Source: Carcharhinus amblyrhynchos (taxonomy: Eukaryota). Taken from it: DNA of 64,000 nucleotides. Of this stretch, positions 13,127 to 24,924 are shown one piece after another (the stretch's first letter is position 1; the number at the start of each line of letters is the position of its first letter). The stretch spans positions 105,028,001 through 105,092,000 of the forward strand of contig OZ336877.1 in NCBI GenBank assembly GCA_965287045.1, read 5' to 3'. The notes under the pieces were generated by a model that worked only from the letters and a program-made list of their open reading frames with translations, made no database searches and was not told the DNA's origin. Position numbers and translations under genes: made by a program.

Positions 13127-13472
13127 AAGTATTAGCGTCACAAGTAGGCTGACATTAACGCTGCAAAGTTACTGTGAAAATGAATTTCACAGTAACTCAC
13201 TGCAGTGTTAATGTAAGCCCTACTTGTGACTAATAAGTAAACTTTTACTTTAAATCCCCTAGTTGCCACAATCCGGCGCTTGTTTGGGAGAATTTAGCAT
13301 GGCCAATGCACCTAACCAGCACATCTTTCGGGCTGTGGCAGGAAACCGGAGCACCCAGAGGAAACCCAAACAGACATGTGGAGACTCCACATAGACAGTG
13401 AACCCAAGCCGGGAATGGAATCTGGGTCATGAGTGCTGTGAGGCAGCAGTGCTACCCACTTTGCCACCGTTC
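13127..13472 (-). mobile_element. Alternative-tail V-SINE with a fold-back duplicated tail
   Basis: SINE body at 13252-13472; the tail is present in both orientations at 13127-13245. Confidence 0.82.
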
Positions 13473-14502
13473 CAACACACAATCCCCTAGCATCAGATTC
13501 TTACACAAATTGCTTAGAACTTACGTTACCTCACTAAAATGATGTGCACCCCAATCTGCTGCAAACTCTACACTTTTCCATGACTTACACTATGTTATTT
13601 GGCCTAAAGTTTTAAGTTTTTTTTATTAGTGTCACAAGTGGGCTTATATTAGCACTGCAATGAAGTAACTGTGAAAAATCCCCAAAGAATCAAAAATCAC
13701 TTCTTAGGAAACACAAAACAATCATTATCCTTGCTGGTCTTTTTGCATGTTCAATAGCCTCAGTGTGTGGTAATGTATTTTAGCCTTCATTATACGGAAC
13801 ATATAAAAAGTAAAAAAAAATCAAAAGGCATCCATTATTTGATGGAACTCAGTCCCAGAAGAAATGCTCATCATGGTTTCGATAGTTGTTCACAGGTAGA
13901 AATGTTCCGAATAGAACAATCAGTTCAGGTTCTGTCAGTTTGAGGTCTAGTTTTCATGACACAGTCACTCGGGCGAGCATATATGAGCCAGCACAAATTT
14001 GTAAATTCTGTTTGACTCACTCGATTGAGCTTTGTGATGAGTGGATGAAAGCAGTGTGGTTCATGCTGCATATTTTAGCCTTCCAAAGAGTATTTGATAA
14101 AATATCACACACTCCTTCACTGTGGCCAGGTAAACGTTCCTGAAACTCTCTCGCTAGCAGCACTGTGGGTATACCTAAACCACGTGGACTGCAGCGGTTC
14201 AAAAAGGGAGTTCACCACCGCCTTCTCAAGGATTTTAGCATTCCCTTATCACCACCTCCACGCTAGCAGGTTTGTAGGAACGGGGCTTGTAAAAATCCAG
14301 AAGTGGAACTTCCCGCTACCTGACTGCCCGCCCTGACCTGATCATTTACAGCAGCAGACAGGGTGTGGTTGTGGCGCAATTGTAGAAATACCTGAATTAA
14401 GAAAACCCACTTTCAGTCTTGAGGGTCCTGACGAACATATTAGTGTGACAGCCCACTGAGATACTGGGGAGCGGGCAAGGATATAAATTATCCATACTAG
14501 AC

Positions 14503-14727
14503 CTGGGTGGTGGGGTGGTACAGGGGTTAACACTGCTGCCTCACATTAATGGTTCGATTCTAAGCTCAGGTGACTGTGTGGAGTTGCGCGTTCCCCCCTT
14601 GTCTGAGTGGGTTTCCTCCGGGTGCTCTGGTTTCGTCCCGCGGTCCAAAGGTGTGCGGGTTAGGTGGACTAGCCGTGCTAAATTGCCTCTTAGTGTCAGA
14701 GGAGTAGCTAGGATGTATGCATGGGGT
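14503..14727 (+). mobile_element. HE1 V-SINE, 3'-truncated, part of a local duplication
   Basis: Shares about 120 bp of unique 5' flank with the copy at 16352. Confidence 0.8.
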
Positions 14728-16351
14728 TTGTAGGGTCAGGGTTTGTAAAAATCCAGAAGTGGACCTTCCTACTGCCTGCCCTGACCTGATATTTTACAGC
14801 AGGGAACAGAGCATGGTTGTGGGGCAATTGTGAGGCAGACAACCTGCCTTGGGGCCTCAATAAGCCCAATTAATGGCCAATAACGTGCCCTAAGATGCCT
14901 CTGTTTTTTTTTATCCATGGGTTGGGTTGGTCCATTACTATGTGGGTAGCCCGCCAACTTTAGCTGCAAGGGTTGGTGTTGGGGGAGGGGTGTGTGGGGG
15001 GATAGGGGTGCAACTCCTTTTCAAGTTCCCTGAGCCAAGAGGTATCTCCTCCAAGGTCATACTTCATCCTTTAATGAACCCTAAGCATCTCAAACCCAGT
15101 CCCCAGCCCCGGCTCTGCTCGCTGGATCAGCAAGACTGGCACTGATGTTAACCTGGATTTACCAAAAATCCTAACCAATGGGACGAATGGTGGTTTTTTC
15201 GTGCTGTACTGCGCCAGGAGTTTGTACATCCATCTGCATTCAGAACTCATATTCAGGCTAATGCTATGAATCCCAACTGGAGATTCATGGAGTAGGGAAT
15301 AAATGAAAAAAAAAATTGTAATTTAAATGTTAGATGTACATAGGAAAATGTCTTTGCAATGACACAACTGGAAATTGACTTTAAGAATTATTTAAATATT
15401 GAAGAAAGTGGGGGTAAGATATAATAAATCAATGAGCTGCTGATTTTAAAAAGAGATAGCAGGAAAATTGCAGAACAGAACGCATGAGGTCTAGTGCAAA
15501 GAAGCAAATGTGACAAATGTAAGAATGAAACCATTTTGAAATACAGCTTCCCACGGATGCTGTCAGACCTGCTGAGAATTTCCAGCATTTTGTGTTATTG
15601 TTTCAGATTCCAGCATCTGCAGTATTTTGCATTCATTCAGATAGAGCTTCCTTAATCAGTTGGAAGGAGCTGAATAACATCAAGTTTTGGAGCATTGTCT
15701 GAGCCCCACCACCCCCCTCACCACCCCCCCCCCCCCAACACCCCCCGTCCCCAACATTCAAACTCAGTGGAGAGATAGGTTGGAGCTCTCTGACAGCTGC
15801 TGATGGTCTCCAGTGAGACTGCTAAGCTTGGGTCGAATGAGTGACAGATTCTGAGTACGACAATGCTGTTCATTAGGGCCAATGAAAAGCGACTGCACTG
15901 GGTTGTGTGGAGACTTTTGTTGCTTTCCTCAAACTTGTGGTGGAAAGCAGACTGCAGACCTACTTGCATTCTCTTGTGCCGTCTTTGCGAATGTTCAGTG
16001 CCAATGCTACAGATGCTCTGCAGTTTAATTTAGTGCCATTCATATTGACCCATGAGTATGATGAACGATTTACTTCAAGAGTTTGAATTCACATCAAACG
16101 ATGTGACAAATATGTGATTGATTTTTTTAATAGGTGAAATGTATTTATTTCTAAATGTAGCTACATTATCACCCAGCTGTATGAAACACTGGAGGGGCAG
16201 GTAATTTGTAACTTCAATCTTGGATTCTGTATAACTGTAGATGTACCCGAATTAAGGAAACCCATTTGACAGTCCCGATTAACATATTAGTGTGGCAGCC
16301 CACTGAGATACTGGGGAGCAGGCAAGAATATAAATTATCCATACTAGACCC

Positions 16352-16665
16352 AGGCAGCATGTTGGCACAGTGGTTAGCACTGCTGCCTCACAGCACCAGG
16401 GACCTGGGTTCCATTCCTGGCTTGGGTAACTGTCTGTGTGGAGTCTGCACATTCTCCCTGTGTCTGTATGAGTTTCCCCTGGGTGCTCCGGTTTCCTCCC
16501 ACAGTCCAAAGATGTCGGGTTAGGTGGATTGGCCATGCTAAATTGCCCTTAGTATCAGAGGGACTGGCTAGGGTAAATGCATGGAGTTATGTGGATGGGG
16601 CCTGGGTGGGATTGTAGTCGCTGCAAACTTAATGGGCCAAATGGCACTGTGGAATTCCGTGAATA
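16352..16665 (+). mobile_element. HE1 V-SINE
   Basis: A-box-like tggcacagtggttagc, B-box-like gggttccattcc, V-domain and CR1-type tail. Confidence 0.87.
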
Positions 16666-17399
16666 AGCACAGATAAGAATGCCGCCCTCATTAGCATGAT
16701 GGATCTAACATTTCCAACAAACAACCTGAATGAAACACTAGCATTGATCATACAGTCTCCCAGAAAGTCTCAACATCTATCTTGAGCCAGTGGAAATGGC
16801 ATGGACAGGGCATCAAGTTATTGAGGTGATGGCACACATTGCCAAAGCATTTCTGTCTTTCTCTCATCTTATCAGACTTAGATCAGATGTGGAAGGGTCA
16901 TCCCTCCTACAAAATAAGGAAACTCTATTTGAAAATGTTTTTATTCTTATATTTCACATTTGCTTCTTCACATTAGACCTCACGCATTCTGTTCTTCAAA
17001 GTCAATTTCCATTTATTTAAACCGTTGGGTTATTGCAAAGACATCTTCCTGTATACATTTAACATTTAAATTACACATTTTTTCATTTATCCCCTGCTCC
17101 ATGAATCTCCAGTTGACATTCATAACATTAGCCTGGAAGTGAATTCCAAATGCAGATAAATGTACTTTACATGAAAAGGTCACAGAGTGCCAAACCTGAC
17201 AGCAAAACCCAGTGGTAGACAGCAGAATGGTGAGATGCGGACATGGCCTATAAATTTCATTTTATTGACGATTCCTTGAATGAAAGGGGGAAGGGAAATG
17301 CTTTCTCCAGCCCCACACGGAGTCCTTGGGTCTTCTAAAACTTGGTCGTGTCTCTCCCTCTTGTATAGCTAACATCTGAGAAGAACTTTCCCATCGCCA

Positions 17400-20160
17400 G
17401 CTTTGGGCAGGATTTTCTGGCAAGGGGAATAGAGAGAATACTCCTGTCAGAACAAAGGCAGAAAAAGAAAGAATAACTGTGGCAGAATAAAAAGAAAGAG
17501 AGCAAATAGCATTGACAGGACAACAAAGGAAACGAACGAGTATCCCTGGTGGAAAAAAAATGGAAAGAAAGAACTAGAGCTTCAGGAACTAGAGCTTCAA
17601 GAAACTTGAACTTGAAACGGCAGACGTGCAAAACAGTAAAACTGTGAGAGTAGCAGCAAAAATGGCAAATGATCCTGAGTTGATTCACAAATCACGGTTT
17701 GGTTTTCAACATCAATTTCAATATATGAAGGATAGTATCTGGGGAAAAGAGAAAGCCTCAGGTGGTAAAGGCAAAGGAGATCTCAGTGGAGATAGAAAGG
17801 ATAGTTTACCTAAGGTTAAAAGAAAAAAATATGAAAGTGGAAGAGAAAAAACTAAACCTTAGATGTTTTCATTGTAATGAAGTTGGACACACAAAATTGC
17901 TGTGGTGTTGGCTTAAGAAAAGCACTGGGAAGACAGATGTGGATAAATCAGGGGGCCTGTTGAAGTGGTAAAAGAAATCATGGCTGAAGCTAAAGAGGTG
18001 GCAAAGAATGTACAGTTTGTTCATGGGTTGTGTGATAAGCAAATCCCAGATCTCTTTAAAGAGGTTACTTATGTGGGTAAGGTTTGCTCATGTGTACCAG
18101 GAGGAGTAGGTCAATAAATGAAGATTTTAAAAGCTATAAAATTAAGTCTTTAATGTGAGCGATGAGGAGATATGCAGTCTAGAAGGAGTATTGCTGAAAA
18201 GGATAGAAATATGTGAAATTAATGGTGAAGAGATTAATGTTCCATTATGTGAGGTATGGTTGGAGAGTCCAGTGTAAAGTGCTGAAGTGGTAGTAGGAGT
18301 AATAGTGAATTTACCTTTTTCAAGGGACAGTTTATCCTGGGTAACGCTACAGCTATATCACAAGTGGGAGCAATGCCTACTGTGGTTGAAAAGCCAGAGA
18401 AAAATCAAAAAAACTGAGGTGCTGTAGGAAGCATATGCCGGGATGTTTCCTGACCCTGCAGGAACAAGATCACAAAGCCATAGGTTGAGGCAGGAGTAGG
18501 AAAAATCAAAGAGTGAAGATAAGGAGGTTGACATTCAGTTATCAGAAACAATCTTTGACCAGATGGTTGACAAAGAATAAGAACAGGTGGGGGATGAAAC
18601 AAATATCTTTAGTTCTGGGAAATTGGCAGAGTTACAACAGGAAGGTGTAGAGATAAAACAGTTGTATCAGAAAGTATACACAGAAGAATCTGAGTGGGTG
18701 CCAGAGTGTTATTACATTAAACGTGATGCCTTAATGAGGAAACGGAGACCATTACATATTCAGGCAGATGAAAAATGGGCAGAAGTACATCAAGTGGTAT
18801 CGGTGAATAATAGAACTGAGGTATTGTGGATCGTGCATGTGGTGCAGTAGGTGGTCATTTAAGAATAAAGGAAACTCAAGCCAAAATAAAAAAAAAATTT
18901 TATTGGCCTGGGCTCCAAAAAATGTTTAATTTTGCCACACACGTCACACATATCAGATAATAAGAAAACTCAAGCGGTAATCAAACGACCGCCTTTAATA
19001 TCCATTCTGGCATTTGAGGAACCTTTTATGAGAGTCCTAATTAATAGCATGAGACCCCTGCCTAAAACAAGAAGTGGGAATCAGTATTTATTGGCCATAA
19101 TGGATGCATTTACTATACTTCAAAAGGCCATTTCATTACGTAATATTACAGCTAAAAGGACTATAGAGGAATTACTTTATTTTTTTTACCTGTACACGGA
19201 CTGCCCACAGAAATACAATAAGATCAAGGATCCGATTGTATGTCGATGTTATTCGAGGAAGTTACAGATAGTTTTGGAATAAAAATGTGTATCATCCAGA
19301 ATCGGGGGGAGCTTTAGTATGGTGGGCATCAAATTTTAAAGACCATGGTGAGGGCCCATAGTCAGAATTATCCAGAGGATTAGGATAAAGGAATTTCATT
19401 TGTACTTTTTGTAACTGGGGATGCACCTAATATGTCAACAAAATTCAGGCCCTCTGAATCAATTTTTGGTCATGGGTTAAGAGGGCCACTTAAATTGATC
19501 AATGAAAAATTGATGAGTCAGTGTTCTGGGACTAGATTGTTGCACTACGTGTCAAACTTTAGGGAAAGATTAACTAGGGCTGATGAATTGGCTAGGCAGC
19601 CTTGGACAGTAGTACAGCATGTCATGGAAAAAAAACTGATAAGAGATCAAAAATTCATAGTTTTGCTCATGCAGAGAACGCATTAGTATTATTACCAATG
19701 GTAGTTGAACAATTAAAAGCAACACTCAGAGGGCATTATCAAATCAAAAGAAAATGAGTGAAGTGAATTATTTGATAAGAATGCCAGATAGAAGGAAAAC
19801 TCAGAGTGTCATGTTAATATGTTCAAACAGTATTTAGATAGGGAAGGAAAGCAGAAGTAGGATGTGTTAGTTGTTACAATCAGAGCATAGAAAGAAATCC
19901 AGATGGCTGTGAATTTGACATTCCTCTAATTAGACTGGATAATGAAAAAATTATCAGAAGTTGGGACAAATTACTGAATTACTTTCCGGAGGAAATTAAA
20001 ATTAACCTGAAAGAGTTATTCCAATCACACAGAGTTGTATGTGGGAATAAGCAGGGAAGTACTAAAGTAATTGTGCATGATGTAGATGTTGAAAATGCTG
20101 TACAGGCTCAATTCAGTCAAATTGGCACAGGTTCAGAAGGAGAAGCTGACATTTGCTCAG
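17400..20160 (+). mobile_element. Decayed Ty3/Gypsy internal region with Gmr1-like order (gag-PR-INT-RT start)
   Basis: Degenerate zinc knuckle CFHCNEVGH at 17864; integrase H..GGHL..FYWPGL at about 18835-18915; core AFEEPF.RVLI...PLPKTRSGNQYLLAIMD; IFGH.LRGPLKL; GHYQI..SEVNYLI; then HDVDVENA..YRLNSVKLAQVQKE at about 20075-20145. Confidence 0.82.
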
Positions 20161-21113
20161 TCTGAGACGCAGCAGCTGAAAGTCTCTACCAAACATTGCA
20201 AAGGGTTGGTGCATAGTTACAAATCTCAGATAATGAAGACATGAATGGAGGCAAATGAGTGCAATGAGAACAGTGTGAATCTGGCGAAGGCACAGGAGGA
20301 GAACAAGTTGCTGATATCTAATCTGGCTCCACAATATACTTTGGGGTTTCTGATCTAACACCTCCCCTCCTCACCCCACTCCCTATCTCCCCCCCGCCCC
20401 AAACCCCCACCACCATCACCATTACCATCACCATCAGCCTCACCCACCCCATTTATTGCAGTTTATCGTCCTAGATGATTTCTGAAAATGTCCATTTTTT
20501 TTTTCTGGCGCACAGGTCAAGAGAAAGGATCAGTTTGTCCTGAGATTTTTAGGTCTTTTGCAGTCCAATCCCTCACTCAGGCATTCCCCCGATATTAATA
20601 GGAACATTCTTTGCGTCGTACTGCTAAGTGCAAAGAACATTTACAGGGGCAGTCAACACGATTGTTGCAAAATTGTACTTGCAGAGCGAATTGCTGCTCC
20701 AGCCAAATGTCTTTGTGAAAAGTGGAAAATTTTTTGTGCAGTCTTCCCTGAACATGCGTTCACAATGCCATTGGACAACTTTATAGAATGGTGTGATACT
20801 GCAGTGTCAAGACTCCCTCTAACTATAAGACATCAAAGTGACACACAAGGTGTTGAAGAAGATTGGCAAGAAATGTGAAGGAGCTGACTGTCTGCATTCT
20901 CAATCTTGGCAGAACTCCATCTAGCTGGTGTTACACATTTATGTAACTTATTAGCTGCCACTGTTTCAAGTCCCCAGGCATCAATCTCTTTGTTAAAACA
21001 TATTAATCTTTGTTCGTTCCACCCTTTCCAATTACAAGCCATATTTCACTGATGAATCTTCCTTGTTCTCACAGCGAGTCCCCATTTTGTTTCCGCCGAC
21101 TGTGAGAAAGTAG

Positions 21114-21154
21114 GTTGCTAAGCAACAGAGTGTGTCGGCTGTTGCCATGGAAGA
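21114..21154. promoter_or_regulatory. Paired RFX X-box-like motifs
   Basis: Palindromic GTTGCTAAGCAAC (21114-21126) and GTTGCCATGGAAGA (21141-21154) in a TE-free island. Confidence 0.5.
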
Positions 21155-22030
21155 AGCCGGCCCTTTTATCATAAAGGCCCTGGATTCAAATGCAAGGCTC
21201 AGGGATTTGAAGGCATCAACCCTCACTCCAAATGACATTCACATTTTGGAAGAACTAATTTTGTTTTCGACAGCCTGAATGAATGAACATTAATAGTTCA
21301 CACTTATTTAATACTATTCTGCTGTCACCACGGAAATTGCAAATAAGAGAGATTTGGAGGCCAGTAGGAATTTGCATTGTCTCATCAATGGTTAAATCAC
21401 TAACTCACTCCTAAAGCAAAGTACCTTTCAGAAATTAATTTTTATATTAACACAAACGTATTTGCTGAATTTGTTAAAATTAATATTGATAGAAAATTCT
21501 AGGTCGTCTAAGTTGCACAAAAATTTGAAATACATTTTGTCAAAGATAAATATTTTGGGATATTCTGATGCTCAAAATAAATACATTGATTGGTCTGGGA
21601 CTGAATCACACAGACGAGATGTAATTGTGGTCTCTGCTCAATTAACTAATCTTTGTTAGGGCAATGGTGACAGTCAGAATTTATATCAGCCTCCATAAGC
21701 CAACAAACAGTCATGGATATTATCCTGATGTTTCAGATCCCTGTGACTGACTAGTTGTCAGGTGAGTTCAGAATCACACCTACAATATTTCACAAGATTT
21801 TCCAGTTGGTTTCGTTGGTGGGATTCTCTGGTGCTACTGGTAGCGCACCTCCTCCCATGGATTCGCGGCAGTGTGGAGTGTGATCAATGGAAAATCGCAT
21901 TGACAGCAGCAGAACCAGACATTCCCGCTGCCAGCGAACAATGCGCCACCATGAAACACACAGTTGGAAAGGTGGAATTCCCCCCAACATATTGAAGACT
22001 GAAACTTGAGGTGAAACACTGAAAGTCAAT

Positions 22031-22160
22031 GGGCGTGATCTTATCAATCTTTCATGCCACACTCCCGCTGTAGTGAGGTTGGATGATTTGGTCCCCGACC
22101 AAATCTCCATTCACTGCAGCGGGATGGGAAAATTCCGCCGGCAATGAACATTCCAACCAA
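22031..22160. mobile_element. MITE (~130 bp), family with GGGCGTGATCTTA terminus
   Basis: Closely similar copy at 52271-52396 and an inverted complete copy at 61410-61545. Confidence 0.72.
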
Positions 22161-22782
22161 TGTTTAGGGAATGGTTCGCTAGCACACACCATGGCTTTTG
22201 GAGGCGGGAAGGAAAGAAAATGATAAATTAACTTGCACTAATACTTTGTTAAAACGTTGCCAGATTTCAATTTTTAATACAATGAAGTAGCCCAATTGTG
22301 CGCTGAAAACATCAGGGTCTATTAAATTATGAGGTATTTCAATTTTGAATCTGACTTGATTTTTATTTACGTTCAGGAACCCTTGTGTGGTCACTTCCGA
22401 GCAGCAGGAGTTTATGTTGCCTATTAGCTAAGCAAGTCAATGCATTGTTAGCCAACAACAATGATGCTTTTGCTTCAAGTTCAAACGTCCCTTACGAGCA
22501 CACCGGAGAATTGTGATCCAATTAGGAAGAAAAATTAAACATTGTAGAAAATATATGGTGACTAAACATGGCATCAGTGTGGACATTATACTGCGTCAAT
22601 GGCTCGGTGATGTCTGAGTGTGATGATCATGAATAATTTAACACTTCAAGGTTACTATGAGCAAGCTTATTAAAGGTTACATTGCAGGGATAAAAGACAG
22701 TATTGCTTGTTTCTAATCAAGGAAATATGGTCAGTATCTTTCAAAGATAATAAAATGCTAGATGATGTATTTGTAATCATAC

Positions 22783-22868
22783 CCTGCCCGTTCCTTCAGT
22801 TTCTTATCTGTTATTCCATCTTTGGATACAAGTTTGTTAAATACCAGAATGCCAATAACCATGTTCAC
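22783..22868 (-). CDS. ADGRB1: ADGRB1/BAI1 coding exon (end of TM5-ICL3), 86 bp
   Basis: tttcaacag|GTG AAC ATG...GCA GG|gtatga gives [28 protein letters not shown](G), matching the BAI1 sequence as recalled (BAI3 has SRDGILDKKLKHRAG). Confidence 0.97.
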
Positions 22869-23009
22869 CTGTTGAAATAAAAATGTATAAACATAAAATA
22901 TCTTTTCATGGTCAATAACCGGAGCTCCAAAAATGCAACTGTTTCTTTCATTATTTTACTACTGAGACTGCAATCAATAGTAAATGAAATGAGATTGGAA
23001 ACTTGATAC

Positions 23010-23076
23010 CAAAACAACAACGGCTGCAGGTCCCACAAAAGCGTAGAGAAGACCGCCTTCCAGGGAAAGCCAGCAA
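23010..23076 (-). CDS. ADGRB1: ADGRB1/BAI1 coding exon (ECL2-TM5), 67 bp
   Basis: ttccttgcag|T TGC TGG...GTT TTG|gtatca gives (Y)[22 protein letters not shown]. Phase 2 in, phase 0 out. Confidence 0.96.
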
Positions 23077-23179
23077 CTGCAAGGAAAAAATACAAAGATA
23101 TAGTGTTAGATCTAAATACTGAAGAATGCAAGGTATCATATATCTACTTTGTGACGAGATAGCCTTGAGTAAGATGCCC

Positions 23180-24092
23180 AGAATTTTTTGAAGTGCAAAA
23201 AGTGGCAACGTAGGTAGATAATGTAGTCAAGAAGGCACACAGCATGCTTGCCTTCATCGTCCAGGGTATTGAGCATAAAACTAGGAGAGAAAATACTGGA
23301 AAACCTCAGCAGGTCTGGCAGCATCTGTAAGGAGGGAAAACGGATGGTGTTTCGAGTCCAGATTATACTTTGCCAAAGCATCTTTGCCAAAGGTTAACAA
23401 AGGGTTATCTGGACTCGAAATGTCAGCTTTTTTCTCTCCTCACAGATGCTGCCAGACCTGCTGAGATTTTCCAGCATTTTCTCTCTCTTGGTTTCAGATT
23501 CCAGCATCTGCAGTAATTTGCTTTTATTGAGTATAAAAGATAGCAAGTAATGCTACACTGGTATAAAACTTTAGTTAGGCTGCATTTGGAATATTGCATG
23601 CAATTCTGGTTGCCACACTACCAGAAGGATTTGAATGCTTTGGAGAGGGTGCAAAGAACATTTACCGGTATGTTGTCAGGTCTGGAGAGTTTTAGGAGAG
23701 GTTGGATAAACTTGGATTGTTTTCACTGGAAAGACGGAGGCTAAGGGGTACTCTGACAGATGGCTCCAAAATTATGAGAGGCATAGATAGTGTGGATAGT
23801 CAGAGGTTTTTTTCCTCAGAGGTGGAAAGGTTGACTACAAGAGGGCACAGGTTTAAGGTGAGAGGTAGTAAGTTTAGGAGAGATGTGTGGGGAGCGTTTT
23901 TCATACAGAGGGTGTGGGCTCGCTGCTTGGAATGTACTGTCAGCAGAAGTGGTGGAAGCAGGCACACTAGTAATGGTCAAGGCTGATATACACATGAACA
24001 GGAGAGGAACAGAGGGATAGAAACCACATATTGGTGCAGGTTTGGTTGGGCCCAAGAATCTGTTCCTGTGCTGTATTGTTCTTTGTTCTTTA
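23180..24092 (+). mobile_element. CR1 3' fragment interrupted at 23281-23524
   Basis: VVKKAHSMLAFI..GIE[insert]YK...YKTLVRLHLEYCMQFW...TRGHRFKVRG and the tail ttgttctttgttctt. Confidence 0.9.
23281..23524 (+). mobile_element. Penelope-type inverted-repeat insert with 14-bp TSD
   Basis: Arms of about 100 bp are reverse complements. TSD tattgagcataaaa (23267-23280) / tattgagtataaaa (23525-23538). Confidence 0.75.
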
Positions 24093-24924
24093 AAGTAATT
24101 ATCTTTAAATAGAATTACATTTTTAAATCTGTATTTATTTCAGTGACTCATGACAGGGAATCATTCATCATAAAGTTTTCCAACTGACTTACATCAACAG
24201 CAAGCCACACTCCATATGTGGAGCCAAATTCCCGGCTTCCGGCTGTCATCCACTGTCCAATTTTTAACTCAACAAGTAATAATAACCCTTTTTAGGTTGC
24301 AGAAGGCAATCACATTCTGCAGGTGTAAGCTAAAGTCAAATAGCACAATACAGAATAAATACAAGTATCGGCCAACTTTGAGAACTAGCAAAACCCAGCC
24401 AGCAGTTTCAAATGAGGTTAAGGCAGCTGAATATTCAAGGATGAACCCTAACTGTGACCTCCCTAATACCAGGAAACAATCAGTTAGAAACAATCATGTA
24501 ACTTAAGCTAAATGTACGTTCAATATTCCACTACTTGTACCAAAGGCAAAATGACGGCACTAAACACCGAAGGGTAATCATAAATGAAAGAAAAATCTAA
24601 TCCGAAATGGATATGAAAGAAATTAGGAAAGAAAAACCAGAAACATTTACTGACAGATCAGCAATGAGACACAGTTAAGCTGATGATGAACTCCGGGAGA
24701 GGCAGATCACAAAATAAAGAACATATTAATATATAATGATACATGATGATCAAATCAAGAAAAAGGCACACAGTAAGCAAATAGACAACAAAGAGGATGG
24801 CAAAAGGGAATACAAAAGATATTAGGAAACAAGTCAAATAAAAATCAGGAAATGAGAATGAAAAATTATTAAATTAAATTGCCAAGGAATGTAAAATGAG
24901 TAAATAATTCTACAGACACATTTA

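Noticed and set aside
22783-22868. Initial idea that this exon and the 42-kb ORF formed the N-terminus of a different gene
   Set aside because: The exon joins in frame with five other exons that spell the ADGRB1 7TM region.
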